From the NCBI GenBank assembly GCA_965226555.1, contig CBDDDG010000021.1, forward strand, positions 128,001-192,000: DNA of 64,000 nt, in the 5' to 3' direction. Shown here piece by piece: positions 9,260-19,566 of the stretch. The notes below the pieces were generated by a model. That model worked only from the letters and a program-made list of their open reading frames with translations. It searched no databases and was not told where the DNA came from. How positions within the stretch are numbered: the first letter of the stretch is position 1; every line of letters begins with the position of its first letter. The translations under genes were made by a program, and so were the position numbers. The DNA is from Salinispira sp. (GTDB lineage Bacteria > Spirochaetota > Spirochaetia > DSM-27196 > Salinispiraceae).

Positions 9260-10690
9260 TCATTCCCTTTCAAAAACAAGGCGAAAGGTGGTAACAGGAC
9301 TGACGGTAAGGGGCCTAAGCATGCCGATTTCATCGCTGCCGTTCTGAACCTGAATACCGGCTGCCTGAAAAATCTGGTAGATATGTTCCTGTCCTCTGTT
9401 CTCAAGCAGGGCCTTCTGCAGGTCAGATATTTCATGTGTTTCAACTATCAGTGCAGGAGTGTTGCGATCTGCCGATGGATAGGCCTGAATATACTGCCCG
9501 GTGTATTCCCATATATCGGTTTCGGTATCTATAATTTCCGTTAGTTCCTTCGGATAGGGCAGGCGGATGCGCGCATTTTCCGCATACTGCTCCAGCCATT
9601 CAATGAACATGAAGAGCGCGAGCGCCCCGGTTCCTCTGGTGGGTTCTCCGGCGCTGCTGTGAATGGGCCTGCCGAAGGGATCATGAAGGAAGTGGTTTGC
9701 GGTGGTAAGCCCCCGATCTTCAAGCAGCTGCGCATTATGTTCTGACCAGATATCCTGTTCTGAGAGGAAGCGCTGAAAAAGGGCATAATTTACTGGTTCC
9801 GACATAATGAGAGTTCCATTTTTTTCTCTGAGAGAACCGCTGTATCCGAGAGAACGCAGCACGGCCTTGAGTTCACGTGAATTTAATGCAGAGGCGGGGT
9901 TGGGGTCAGAGGCAGAGGCGGCAGAGGCGCCGGAAAACAGCCGGATTAACTGCTCAGGTTTTTTATCGGTCGGCAGAATGTCTTCCAGCTGCCGCATAAT
10001 ATCCGCATTATCGCCGGATACGAGGAGGTTCAGCATTGTACTGATCCCGAGAGAGTTCGGAATAAGCGCGTTCGAAGTAAGGCGGGAGGTTCCCCGAAGA
10101 ATATCTCTGAGCTGTTGGTCATTACCAACAATGCCGGAGGGGAGAATATTATGCGGCAGATCGGCGATGACTTCATCGTTCCGTCCGATGGCGGAAATAG
10201 CATAATCATCGAAAACAGGAGGAATTTGGCGCACTGCGCTCACTGCAAAGAGCCCCAAGGTGGAAAGTTCAAGCACTACCGGCTTTCTGAATTCCCTGCT
10301 GCTGATCGATGTATTTGGCGAGAGGGTAATGACGATTTTATCGGAGCGCGGGAAGAATAGGCTGAAAAATAAGCGCCCCCCAACATCAATTTTCTCAGTA
10401 TGCGATTCAAAACCAGCAGCGCGCACATCAAGTGTATGGCTGCCCCGCTGAATAAAATATACTCCGGGCAATTTTCCTCTGAGCTGATCATCAATAAACA
10501 TTCCCGCCCCTTCGGCATTCGTCCATATTTCAAGGCGGGTACCATCCTTAAGAATTCCCGGGAGCAGGATGAGGGCGAGAACAATGAGTATGAGAAAAAA
10601 TACAGAGAGATATATCAGCCAGACCTCCGGCTTTACGCCAAAGATATCGGTAAGTTTGACCGGTTCCTTCATTTCCCGCGTTGCTTTCAT
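9260..10690 (-). CDS. Membrane-anchored PEGA-domain protein
   Basis: N-terminal TM followed by PEGA-like segment (GAGMFIDD..RG..P...GSHTLDVRAAGF). Confidence 0.65.
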   Translation of the reverse strand: MKATREMKEPVKLTDIFGVKPEVWLIYLSVFFLILIVLALILLPGILKDGTRLEIWTNAEGAGMFIDDQLRGKLPGVYFIQRGSHTLDVRAAGFESHTEKIDVGGRLFFSLFFPRSDKIVITLSPNTSISSREFRKPVVLELSTLGLFAVSAVRQIPPVFDDYAISAIGRNDEVIADLPHNILPSGIVGNDQQLRDILRGTSRLTSNALIPNSLGISTMLNLLVSGDNADIMRQLEDILPTDKKPEQLIRLFSGASAASASDPNPASALNSRELKAVLRSLGYSGSLREKNGTLIMSEPVNYALFQRFLSEQDIWSEHNAQLLEDRGLTTANHFLHDPFGRPIHSSAGEPTRGTGALALFMFIEWLEQYAENARIRLPYPKELTEIIDTETDIWEYTGQYIQAYPSADRNTPALIVETHEISDLQKALLENRGQEHIYQIFQAAGIQVQNGSDEIGMLRPLTVSPVTTFRLVFERE

Positions 10691-10696
10691 TCCCGC

Positions 10697-10725
10697 ATTG
10701 TACTGGGGGCTGTGTTACTTGTCAA
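10697..10725 (-). promoter_or_regulatory. Sigma70-type promoter ending 6 nt before the ATG of the PEGA gene (leaderless geometry)
   Basis: Minus strand TTGACA-17 nt-TACAAT-6 nt-ATG. Confidence 0.75.
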
Positions 10726-10756
10726 TTCACATCCGCGCATGCTACATTCATGTTAT

Positions 10757-11761
10757 ATGGATATTGGATCACGGCTCAGGGAAATTACGGAAAAAATGCT
10801 CACGGCCCGCCGGAATAGAATTTGGGCGCGGAAGGAGCGTTCACGCAGGCGGAACCCCATTCTCGACTGGCTGGGCGCCTTTCTCTGGGCTGCTCTTGTT
10901 GTTCTGCTCATCAATCAATATCTTTTTCAGGCATACCGCATTCCATCAGGCTCAATGATTCCGACATTTCTTATTGGCGACAATATTTTTGTTAACAAAC
11001 TTGTGTATGGGCCGGAGCTATTACCGGGAATTGGGAAGCTGTCGGGGTTCAGGGAGGTTCAGCGAAACGATCTTATTATTTTTGATCATCCTGAATATAT
11101 CAGTAAGGGATCGTTCTACACCGTAACACGGCGTCTTATTTATATGCTGACGTTTTCTCTGGTCGATATTGAGCGTATTCAGAGCGGAACGCTTGTTCAT
11201 GACCTCCTCACAAAACGCGTTATCGGCATTGGGGGAGACAGAATCCGCTATGATGAGGGAGAAGTTCTGGTTCTTCCCGCGGGCGGCGCGGAATGGCTTG
11301 ATCCGGCTGAATTTCAGCGCATGTATGATGTGCATTTCACAATTAACCGATTGGCCGGTAATTACGGAGCTTTGAAAGAGGCTGTTCGGCTCAATGCCTG
11401 GGCGCGCGCCGGTCTTATTGACATTGGAGAGGCGGAAGAGCGGCTGAAAGAGCTTAACACGAAGCTTCGTTCTCAGCGCGATGAAAACAATATTCTCATA
11501 CGTACATATGACAGACTTCAGGGCGAACGTGAAGTTAACCGAACCTCACTGAGTCTTTATCCGGGAGATTACCGTGTATGGTCTGAATCGGCAAAACAGC
11601 AGAAGGGATGGTATGTGCCGGAATCGCGGATTTTGCCCATTGGCGATAACCGCGACGATTCATACGATGGCCGGTATTTTGGTCCTGTTCTGAAAGAGGA
11701 TGTTCTCGGCCAGCCGGCATTCCGATTCTGGCCAATTCCCCGCCTCGGAGCGCTGCGCTGA
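10757..11761 (+). CDS. lepB: Signal peptidase I
   Basis: IPSGSMIPT (Ser), LTKRVIG (Lys), GDNRDDSYDGRYFG. Confidence 0.93.
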   Translation: MDIGSRLREITEKMLTARRNRIWARKERSRRRNPILDWLGAFLWAALVVLLINQYLFQAYRIPSGSMIPTFLIGDNIFVNKLVYGPELLPGIGKLSGFREVQRNDLIIFDHPEYISKGSFYTVTRRLIYMLTFSLVDIERIQSGTLVHDLLTKRVIGIGGDRIRYDEGEVLVLPAGGAEWLDPAEFQRMYDVHFTINRLAGNYGALKEAVRLNAWARAGLIDIGEAEERLKELNTKLRSQRDENNILIRTYDRLQGEREVNRTSLSLYPGDYRVWSESAKQQKGWYVPESRILPIGDNRDDSYDGRYFGPVLKEDVLGQPAFRFWPIPRLGALR

Positions 11762-12549
11762 TGGCCGGATATTCCCGCAGCCGCTCCAGTGCCCGCAGCC
11801 GCACTCGCAGCAGCAGCCGCTCCAGTGCCCGTACCCGCTCCAATGCCCGCAGCAGCACTCGCAGCAGCAGGCGGCGAAAAAATCCGCGGACTATCCGCAG
11901 GATCGGGGGTATTGCGCTGGGTTTTTTTCTCATACTTGAAATTACCGGAAGCCTTTTCATGTATTTTGCCCGGGTTTCCAGTAGGAGCATGGCCCCGAAC
12001 TATCGGGTAAGCGAGAGGATGCTGATAAGCAGTTTCAATTTCGGTATGGTTTTTCCGTTCACCGATTTTGTGCTGAGAAAGCCTCAGAATGCTCAGCGCG
12101 GTCAGGTTATACTCCTCAAACCTCCCTACAGCGCGGGTGAACATGTGCCGGTTCTGCATGATATATGGGCTTTTTTCGCCCCGAAGCGACCCCTGCCGTG
12201 GATGCCCGGGAACGGGGAATTCACACATGAGGGGCTCATTATGCGCAGGATAATTGCTCTTCCGGGGGACCGGGTGTATCTGAGCGGGGGAATTGCCTAT
12301 GTGCAGACTCAGGGCAGGGGTGAATTTGTTTCTGAACATTCCATTGGCTCTGAAATCTATGAACTTCTTCTCCCCAGCGATGAATTTGATGATCCAGATC
12401 TCCTGAATCATTATTATTCCAATACCTTTGTGGTGCCCGAAAATGAAATTTTTGTTCTGCCCGATAATCGGCGGGAAGCATTCGGCTCAGTTTCCTGGGG
12501 CGGCATAGCGCTGAGCGCCGTCCGCGGGCGCGTGCTGAGGAAGTATTAA
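11761..12549 (+). CDS. Second signal peptidase I-like protein with degenerate catalytic motifs and Ser/Arg-rich N-terminus
   Basis: VSSRSMAP, IMRRIIALPGD, FVLPDNR motifs; TGATG overlap with lepB. Confidence 0.8.
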   Translation: MAGYSRSRSSARSRTRSSSRSSARTRSNARSSTRSSRRRKNPRTIRRIGGIALGFFLILEITGSLFMYFARVSSRSMAPNYRVSERMLISSFNFGMVFPFTDFVLRKPQNAQRGQVILLKPPYSAGEHVPVLHDIWAFFAPKRPLPWMPGNGEFTHEGLIMRRIIALPGDRVYLSGGIAYVQTQGRGEFVSEHSIGSEIYELLLPSDEFDDPDLLNHYYSNTFVVPENEIFVLPDNRREAFGSVSWGGIALSAVRGRVLRKY

Positions 12550-12571
12550 GCCATGTAGCCGGGCGGGGGGA

Positions 12572-12770
12572 GAGCAGGCGCGCAACGCCGACCAGTCCCC
12601 GTCTCAGCAACAGTCGCATGGCGAGCCAGCCGCGCAGCCTCCCCGACCAGCCCCGTCTCAGCAACAGTCGCATGGGCGAGCAATCGAAAAAAGGCAGGCA
12701 CGGATTTTTTCCGTGTCTGCGGGAGAGCAATCGAAAAAAGGCTGGCACGGGGGAAAATCCGCGCCTGCCG
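12572..12770. repeat. Mosaic GC-rich intergenic repeat cluster (REP/BIME-like) between convergent genes
   Basis: CCCCGTCTCAGCAACAGTCGCATGG x2, GAGCAATCGAAAAAAGGC(A/T)GGCACGG x2, hairpin GCAGGCACGGA...TCCGTGTCTGC. Confidence 0.85.
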
Positions 12771-12783
12771 ATGAGCAGTCATT

Positions 12784-14587
12784 CTAATTTTGACACGTAC
12801 GACTCGCGCCTGTACCTGTGCTATTGCAATACCACGACGGAACACCCACAGCAGCCTCAGTCTCAACATCACTGGTGTTTGGATCATCAACAATCCCATT
12901 CACCACGCCGGAATTATTAAACATAAAGGTGTCTGTTCCGGTATATTGGGGAGGAGTACCGGTATCAAGCATGAGATGAGATCCCCAACTCTCAAGATTC
13001 TGATTGAATGCGCTTGCGTTAACGAACATCTGTGTCATATTCGTTACCGAGCTAACATCCCAATCCGAAATATCGCCATTGAATGCGCTTGCGCTAGAGA
13101 ACATCCCAAGCAGATTCGTTACCGAGCTGACATCCCATCCGGAGATATCGCCATTGAATGTGGTTGTGAATGAGAACATCTCTGGCATATTCGTTACCGA
13201 GCTAACATCCCAATCCGAAATATCGCCATTGAATGCGTTTGCGCTACGAAACATATTGCTCATATTTATTAGCGAACTGACATCCCAGCGTGAGATATCG
13301 CCATTAAATGTGCTTGCGAAGGCAAACATATTTTCCATATTCATTACCTTACTGACATCCCAGCGTGAGATATCACCATTGAATGTGGTTGCAGAATTGA
13401 ACATATTGTACATGTCCGTTACTGCCGTGGTAATAATGTAGTTGAGGTCGACAGTATTGCCCCAAGTAGTTATCCCCGCATTTACCGCTGTTTTCAGCTC
13501 GGCGTTAGTAGTAGGACTCTCGGTAACAAAGAAATACTCGGCAAACCGTCGACCATCAGCTCCGATTGCATATATCACATATGTTCCTGCCGTTGTATCC
13601 GCGGTAACCGTAAGCGTAATAAATCCGCTGCTCGAATCGACAGTCGGCGGGGTGACTCCATTGGGCGTAGCTACGGAGGTGACCTTCGTAATGTCTCCTG
13701 AATTATCGACTGTGATATTGCTTGCTCCCACCGTGGTCAAAGAAACGCTGAGCTCGGTGGCAATTTCAGGGGCAAGAGGGTTATCAATATCAGCCGGAAC
13801 AATTGCGACCGCTGACTCGCCGGCGGGAAGCTGCGTTGCAAACGGAAACGGGAACATTGCGGATTCAGACCATTCGCCGCTGCCCTGCGCGTTGACGGCG
13901 CGTACCCGTAGTTGGTAGTTGGCGCCGTCTGCCGTAATGCTGTGAATTGTGTAAGGGGAGTACGATGAGAAGGGAAAATGACAGACTTCTGTCTGCCCCT
14001 CGCTGCGTGCGCAGGCAATGCCGGAGCTAATGATCGTCCATGGCTCCATGTCATCTGCGCGATATCGCAGTTCGTACCCGGTAATGGGGCTGCCGCCGTT
14101 ATCGGTTGGCGCAGTCCATGTGGCAATGAGTAACCCAGTGCCTGCTTCAAGGGCTGGAACAGTCGGCGCGGCAGGGACAGTGAGAGTTGCGGTAGGTGTT
14201 GCCGTGGAAGATGCCGACCAGCCGCCGGTGCCCCCCGCGTTGACGGCGCGCACCTGCACAGCATAATTCATGCCGTTTGTCAGGTCGGTAATGGTATGGC
14301 TTGCGCCGGTAATACCGGATGTGATCTCTGTCCAGCTCTCGCTGCCGAATTCACCATAGCGCAAGTTGTACGCGGTAATGGCGTTGCCATCCTTTTTGTT
14401 TACCTCATTCCATATAGCGGCGAGCTCAGCCCACGATGCAGTGAGCTGTCCGTCTCCCGCAATGAGGGCTGGCGCAAACATGGTAGGCGGAGCATCCGGC
14501 ATGGGACATCCCGCGACCAATGCAATAAACATTGAGCAGAGAATGAAAAGGGCTACCCCCCCCCCAACTGTATGATGTAATTTTCAT
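12784..14587 (-). CDS. Fn3 + DUF285/BspA-like repeat surface lipoprotein; signal peptide out of frame at a G10 tract (long ORF 12784-14532)
   Basis: AGGAGG RBS + ATG at 14587, lipobox LVAGC, two Fn3 domains (VRAVN..G.G.WS), FNGDISxWDVSSVTNM repeats. Confidence 0.85.
14556..14565 (-). repeat. Poly-G10 tract in the signal-peptide coding region
   Basis: C10 on the + strand; G9 would fuse ATG 14587 to the long ORF. Confidence 0.9.
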
Positions 14588-14728
14588 AATTTTGCCTCCT
14601 TGGCACTATGTGGAATCTCTGGTATTTCACACTACATCGTGAAAATAGCGTTTTTTTAAGCTCCACTGTGCTATAGTATCGTCAAAAAATTCGTTTGTGT
14701 CAAGCCATTTGCTCATTCTGCAAACTTT

Positions 14729-14995
14729 CTAATAGGACAGAATGAATTTTCCATGAGCCATGAAGAAATTACATTTGGAAAGAATATCCATACCTAACAG
14801 AATGTGATAATTACTGCTATGATATAGTAGTTCAGTTACATTAATATTGGGGAAGGTACACAGATTCACTTTCATTCTCGCGAGTTTCGGTTCCTGATCG
14901 TTCATTACCACTTCACCTATGGGCATAGCAGGAATAATACCCCAAATCGAGTTTTTGGTCTGTTACCTGCTGTATGGAAAATATTTTATCCTCAT
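14729..14995 (-). pseudogene. Degenerate retropepsin-like aspartyl protease
   Basis: MRIKYFPYSR* then in frame ...ILLGMDILSKCNF; no catalytic DTG motif; internal TAA. Confidence 0.5.
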
Positions 14996-15044
14996 ACAAG
15001 ACTCTCCCCGCTTCCCGTGAACCGCCGCTCCCGCCGATGGGAAA

Positions 15045-16217
15045 TTAATTCAGGTAATTCAGAGGATTTTCAAAAACTCCGTTCCGTATAATGGAAAAGT
15101 GCAGGTGCGGTCCGGTTGATCGGCCGGTATTACCCATACGCCCGATAGTCTCGCCCTGATAGATATATTCACCCCTGTTGACCCCGATGGTGTTAAGATG
15201 AGCATAGAGCGTTTGAAAACCTCCGGCATGCTGAATAATAATGAATTTGCCGTAGTTTCCGATCTGACTTTCAATATGCACCACCGTGCCGGCCATGGAT
15301 GCCCGAACAGAAGTGCCGGGGTTGTTTGCAAGATCAATGCCGTTATGAAAGCGCCGCTGACCGGTAAAGGGATCAGCGCGGTATCCGAATCCGCTGGTGA
15401 ATCGTCCATTGGTCGGAAATATGAACAATTCTCCGAGCACCAGCTTCAGCGCGGTACTGTCCATACGGGCGCCCGGAATAAACAGTGCCTGCTCGGGGGT
15501 AATTTCTTCGCTGAACAGAGAATTGGCGTCTAAAATGGCATTAAAGCTTGAGCCGTATTCTTCGGCAAGTCCTGAAAGACTATCGCCCGTACTGACCGTA
15601 TGCAGGAGACCATCTCTGTTCGGAATCTTAAACTCCTGCCCTATCTGCAATCGGCGCACATCACGAATCTTATTAAAACTAATAAGGGTATCCATATTCA
15701 GTCCATGATCAATGGCAATCTGGCTGAGCGTATCGCCGGGCTTAAGGGTGTAGGCGCTGAGGCTGAGAGCTTCAAATTGATTTTGGTTAATTTCGGGAGC
15801 TTTGCTGATAGCGCCGTTAGCAGCGGCAGATCCGCCGGTAATAGGGGTTTCCGCAGGCGGGGGCGATGAGATGTAGAGCCCCTGGGGAATCGTCAGAATG
15901 TCGGTGGTGAAGAGTAAGCCCATAGGTCCGAAGGAATGGGAGAAAAATATATTGAGGACAAAGAGCATGGTTATCAGGTTTGTCATAAAAATAAGATCAA
16001 GAAAATTCACGCCCGATTTTTCTTCCGTTTCCAACTTCGGAATGGAATAATTTCGGGTAGTTCTGTAGGCTCTTCGCGGCTGATGAATCCTGTGTCCCCG
16101 CTGATGAGGCACTGTCTGAAGTGAATGTCTCATAACAGATTTGTAGCGTATTCTGCCGTTCTGACCGACAGTATTTCTCCGGACATTGATCTGCTGATTA
16201 TGTATAAGTTGGTTCAT
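15045..16217 (-). CDS. LysM x2 + M23 metallopeptidase
   Basis: YTLKPGDTLSQIA, HTVSTGDSL, HNGID and TGPHLHF motifs. Confidence 0.92.
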   Translation of the reverse strand: MNQLIHNQQINVRRNTVGQNGRIRYKSVMRHSLQTVPHQRGHRIHQPRRAYRTTRNYSIPKLETEEKSGVNFLDLIFMTNLITMLFVLNIFFSHSFGPMGLLFTTDILTIPQGLYISSPPPAETPITGGSAAANGAISKAPEINQNQFEALSLSAYTLKPGDTLSQIAIDHGLNMDTLISFNKIRDVRRLQIGQEFKIPNRDGLLHTVSTGDSLSGLAEEYGSSFNAILDANSLFSEEITPEQALFIPGARMDSTALKLVLGELFIFPTNGRFTSGFGYRADPFTGQRRFHNGIDLANNPGTSVRASMAGTVVHIESQIGNYGKFIIIQHAGGFQTLYAHLNTIGVNRGEYIYQGETIGRMGNTGRSTGPHLHFSIIRNGVFENPLNYLN

Positions 16218-16305
16218 AGTTCATATATCGACTGAATAAAGAATTATATGAAGTCCATGTAACGGCGTTTGCACGTATTTTTCAAGTACTATATGATGAT
16301 AGTAC

Positions 16306-18303
16306 ATGATTGATTTATACAAGCAGGGTGAACATCACCGTAGCAGTCTCCGCAATTACATTCCGGTTCATCTTGCCCTCATTCTTGCGCTGTGTATTCT
16401 GCTCTTTGAAAATAATTTTTTCGGCATGCGGGTTTCGGCGCTTGCGCCCGCACACACACCCGCACACACACCGTTATATTCCGCGCTTTCCGAAGGCGGC
16501 CGTAATAGCGGGCTGGATAGCGGCATTGGGCTGAGTAGCGGCATTGGGCTGGATAGCGGCATTGGGCTGGACAGTACTATCAAAATCAGTGAAGATATCC
16601 GCCTCGATACAAGCAGTATTCCGCATGACAAGCTTTTCTGGCAGGACCTGCCGGATGAACAGATCATCACTGCGCTTATCGGGAATATGGAGGCTGAAGA
16701 ACTCATTTCTCAAATGCTGATGCTCGGCTGGGTGAGTGAATATGCTGAGGGTCCCATTATGGACTGGATTTCCCGAAGGAATATCGGCGGGGTGAAAATC
16801 TTCGGCTGGAATGGAAAGAATGTTGGTACGCTGAGTACCACACTTACCCAGATGCAGGCTGCTTCCCTCACCAACCGGCATGGTATTCCGCTCTTTACGG
16901 CCACCGATCAGGAGGGGGGCTGGGTACGTCATATAAAAGATAGTACAAGCATAACCCCGGGCAATATGGCTATTGGGGCATCTGCCCTTCCTGCTGATAG
17001 TTATCTGAGCGGTTATTATATTGGACGGGAGTTGCGGGCAATTGGGGTGAACATGAATTTTGCGCCGACAGTCGATGTCTATGTGAATAAAGATGCTCAC
17101 GTTATCGGACCGCGGGCATTCTCGGCCGACCCGCAGGAAACCGCCATTCTCGGCACCGCCTTTTTTCACGGCATGAGACAGGCGGGAATTATTGCCACTG
17201 CAAAACACTTTCCCGGGCACGGAAACGCCCTCGGCGACAGCCATGGGTATCTGCCGGTAATTAATGATGATCTTCAGACTGTCTGGGGCAGAGACATCGT
17301 TCCCTACCGTATGCTCATACCGGAGGGCCTTCCCGCCATACTCTCAGGACACCTCAACTTTCCCCGTATTACCGGCAACGCGGTTCCGGCATCGTTGAGC
17401 GCATATTTCAAACAGGAAATTCTCCGCGGCAGGCTCAATTTTGAGGGTATTGTTATAACCGACGATCTCTACATGGGCGGATCAGTTCAATACGGTGAAA
17501 GCCGCGGCTGGAATATGGCTGAAATTGTTCTTGAGGCAATTACAATAGGCAATGATATGGTCATGCTCTCGGAAACACCCTCGTTGAATGACGAAATTTG
17601 GCAGCGGCTCTCCCATGAATTTACCGTGAATTCACATTTCAGGGCGCGGGTGAAGGAAGCTGTTTCCCGCATTCTGAAAGTTAAGTTACTCTATCTCAAG
17701 GCCGACTGGCGGGTACCCTTCAGCACCGAAGCGTCTCAGGTCTATGAGGATATTGCCGCTCTCAAAGAAGAACCCTTCTTTCAGGAGCAGGCAGCCAGAG
17801 GGGTAACGCTTATTCGTGATCATGGAATTCCCTTCCAGGGCGCGGGGAAGGAACGCATTCTTCTTGCCGGGCAGGATGCCGATTTTCTCCGTGAAGGAAG
17901 CAGACAGTATCCCGGCGCAGACAGTTTCTATTTTGACTATGCCCCCTTTTATTCAGCCGATGAACAGGTTATACGTACTATCAGAAGCCGCATCCCTCTC
18001 TACGACAAAATTATTTTTAATCTTTCGAATCCAAACAGTCTTGAGGTACTGAAAAACCTGCGCGACTATCGGGACAAAATCATTGTATTCTCCACACTTA
18101 CCCCCGTGTATCTGGAAGAAGTCCCGTGGATACGCTCTGCCATTGCCGTGTACGGCTGGGGCATTGAATCATTCGCGGCCGGGTTTTCCGCTCTCCGCGG
18201 CACCATTCCCTTCAAAGGCCGCCTCCCCATTAATATCACCAATATCACCACCGAAAACGCGGGAGAAAACAGTACTGCCGCCGCCCGGAACGCGGAAGAA
18301 TAA
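16306..18303 (+). CDS. Glycoside hydrolase family 3 (beta-N-acetylhexosaminidase-like), membrane-anchored
   Basis: DQEGGWV, NFAPTVD, KHFPGHG...DSH, ITDDLYM; (SGIGLD) repeats near the N-terminus. Confidence 0.9.
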   Translation: MIDLYKQGEHHRSSLRNYIPVHLALILALCILLFENNFFGMRVSALAPAHTPAHTPLYSALSEGGRNSGLDSGIGLSSGIGLDSGIGLDSTIKISEDIRLDTSSIPHDKLFWQDLPDEQIITALIGNMEAEELISQMLMLGWVSEYAEGPIMDWISRRNIGGVKIFGWNGKNVGTLSTTLTQMQAASLTNRHGIPLFTATDQEGGWVRHIKDSTSITPGNMAIGASALPADSYLSGYYIGRELRAIGVNMNFAPTVDVYVNKDAHVIGPRAFSADPQETAILGTAFFHGMRQAGIIATAKHFPGHGNALGDSHGYLPVINDDLQTVWGRDIVPYRMLIPEGLPAILSGHLNFPRITGNAVPASLSAYFKQEILRGRLNFEGIVITDDLYMGGSVQYGESRGWNMAEIVLEAITIGNDMVMLSETPSLNDEIWQRLSHEFTVNSHFRARVKEAVSRILKVKLLYLKADWRVPFSTEASQVYEDIAALKEEPFFQEQAARGVTLIRDHGIPFQGAGKERILLAGQDADFLREGSRQYPGADSFYFDYAPFYSADEQVIRTIRSRIPLYDKIIFNLSNPNSLEVLKNLRDYRDKIIVFSTLTPVYLEEVPWIRSAIAVYGWGIESFAAGFSALRGTIPFKGRLPINITNITTENAGENSTAAARNAEE

Positions 18304-19184
18304 TGCCTTGGATACGGGCGCTTTCACATCATCAATCGCCAATAGAAAATTTCATTTTACCGCGGGAACACTACTGCGCCAGCCTGAGCGCCCGCCTCCG
18401 CAGAGCAGGGGATAACCGCATTCACATCCCCGATGTTTCTCAGGCGCATATATTTATTGAAGTTTCCAATTGGCAGAATGCGGCGCATGCGCCATCAATT
18501 ACCTCGCTGTACTACATTGAACGCAGCGGATTCAGTTTTATCATATGTGCGAATCGGAAACGGAGCGCTGCCGAACTCATACCTCTGCGCCGTCTTATAT
18601 CGCCCTCCCTGAAAAAGCTCTTTTCCTGCATGGGACGAGCGGAAGACTGCGAGACCTTCGGCAGAATGTTCGGCATTGAAGCGAAGCACAAAATAGATTA
18701 TTTCATGATGGAACGCCTGCAGGAATATCAGCAAAAATATCAGCAGAAACATAAACCGAAACATAAAATTCACCGAGGCGCAGTGCAGGACGCGGAAAAA
18801 CTCCTCCCGCTGCACATTGCCTATGAAAAAGAAGAGGTCATTCTCCCCGGGTATGTTCTCAATAGTATGTTCCTTTCCCGTCAGTTTCATGAAATTCTGC
18901 GGAGGGAGCGTCTCTTTTTTTGTGAGATAGATGGGCGGGCGGTCGCGAAGGCTCAGACAAATGCCCGAGGGCTGGGAGTGGAGCAAATTGGCGGGGTCTA
19001 CACTGTGCCGAGCCTGAGAAGGCGCGGAATCGGCACATTGCTCATCGACCGCCTGTCGCGGGAAATAATGCAGGACGGAAAGGGCGCGGTACTGTTTGTA
19101 AAAAGGCATAATGAGGCTGCCGTGAAGCTGTATGAAAAATGCGGTTTCAATGTAACCTGCCGTTTTACCATTATGTATTTCTGA
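18303..19184 (+). CDS. GNAT-family acetyltransferase
   Basis: QIGGVYTVPSLRRRGIG and N.AA..LYEKCGF motifs. Confidence 0.88.
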   Translation: MPWIRALSHHQSPIENFILPREHYCASLSARLRRAGDNRIHIPDVSQAHIFIEVSNWQNAAHAPSITSLYYIERSGFSFIICANRKRSAAELIPLRRLISPSLKKLFSCMGRAEDCETFGRMFGIEAKHKIDYFMMERLQEYQQKYQQKHKPKHKIHRGAVQDAEKLLPLHIAYEKEEVILPGYVLNSMFLSRQFHEILRRERLFFCEIDGRAVAKAQTNARGLGVEQIGGVYTVPSLRRRGIGTLLIDRLSREIMQDGKGAVLFVKRHNEAAVKLYEKCGFNVTCRFTIMYF

Positions 19185-19566
19185 GGGCTGGCGCTGGGCG
19201 CTGCAGATGTTGACATAATGATGTTGACATAATATTGATACTTTCTTATCTTTATAGAAGATCATTGATTAAGGGGTAAAAATATCTGGAAAAGTAGGAA
19301 AATTATCTGTAGAATTAGACAGGGTGTCGGGGAAAGTGGAAAAAGTATCGGAAGATTTGAGAAAAGCTGAGTCATGGATAAATGTTCTGAATACTGCTGT
19401 AATGCTGATTAACAAAAAATAAATTTCGGTCATCTTTAGAAATTATCATGGAAGCTGCAACAACAATTCAGGAAATGCTGAAGGGAAATACCATTGCCAT
19501 TGCATAGGTTTTGGGGACATGCTACTATGCAGCAATCGTATAATTGCTATCGTAAGGAGGTACATA

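Noticed and set aside
12546..12920. ORFs across the 12.6-kb repeat cluster (also 21934-22191 and 23603-23866)
   Set aside because: Chance open frames through GC-rich intergenic repeats.
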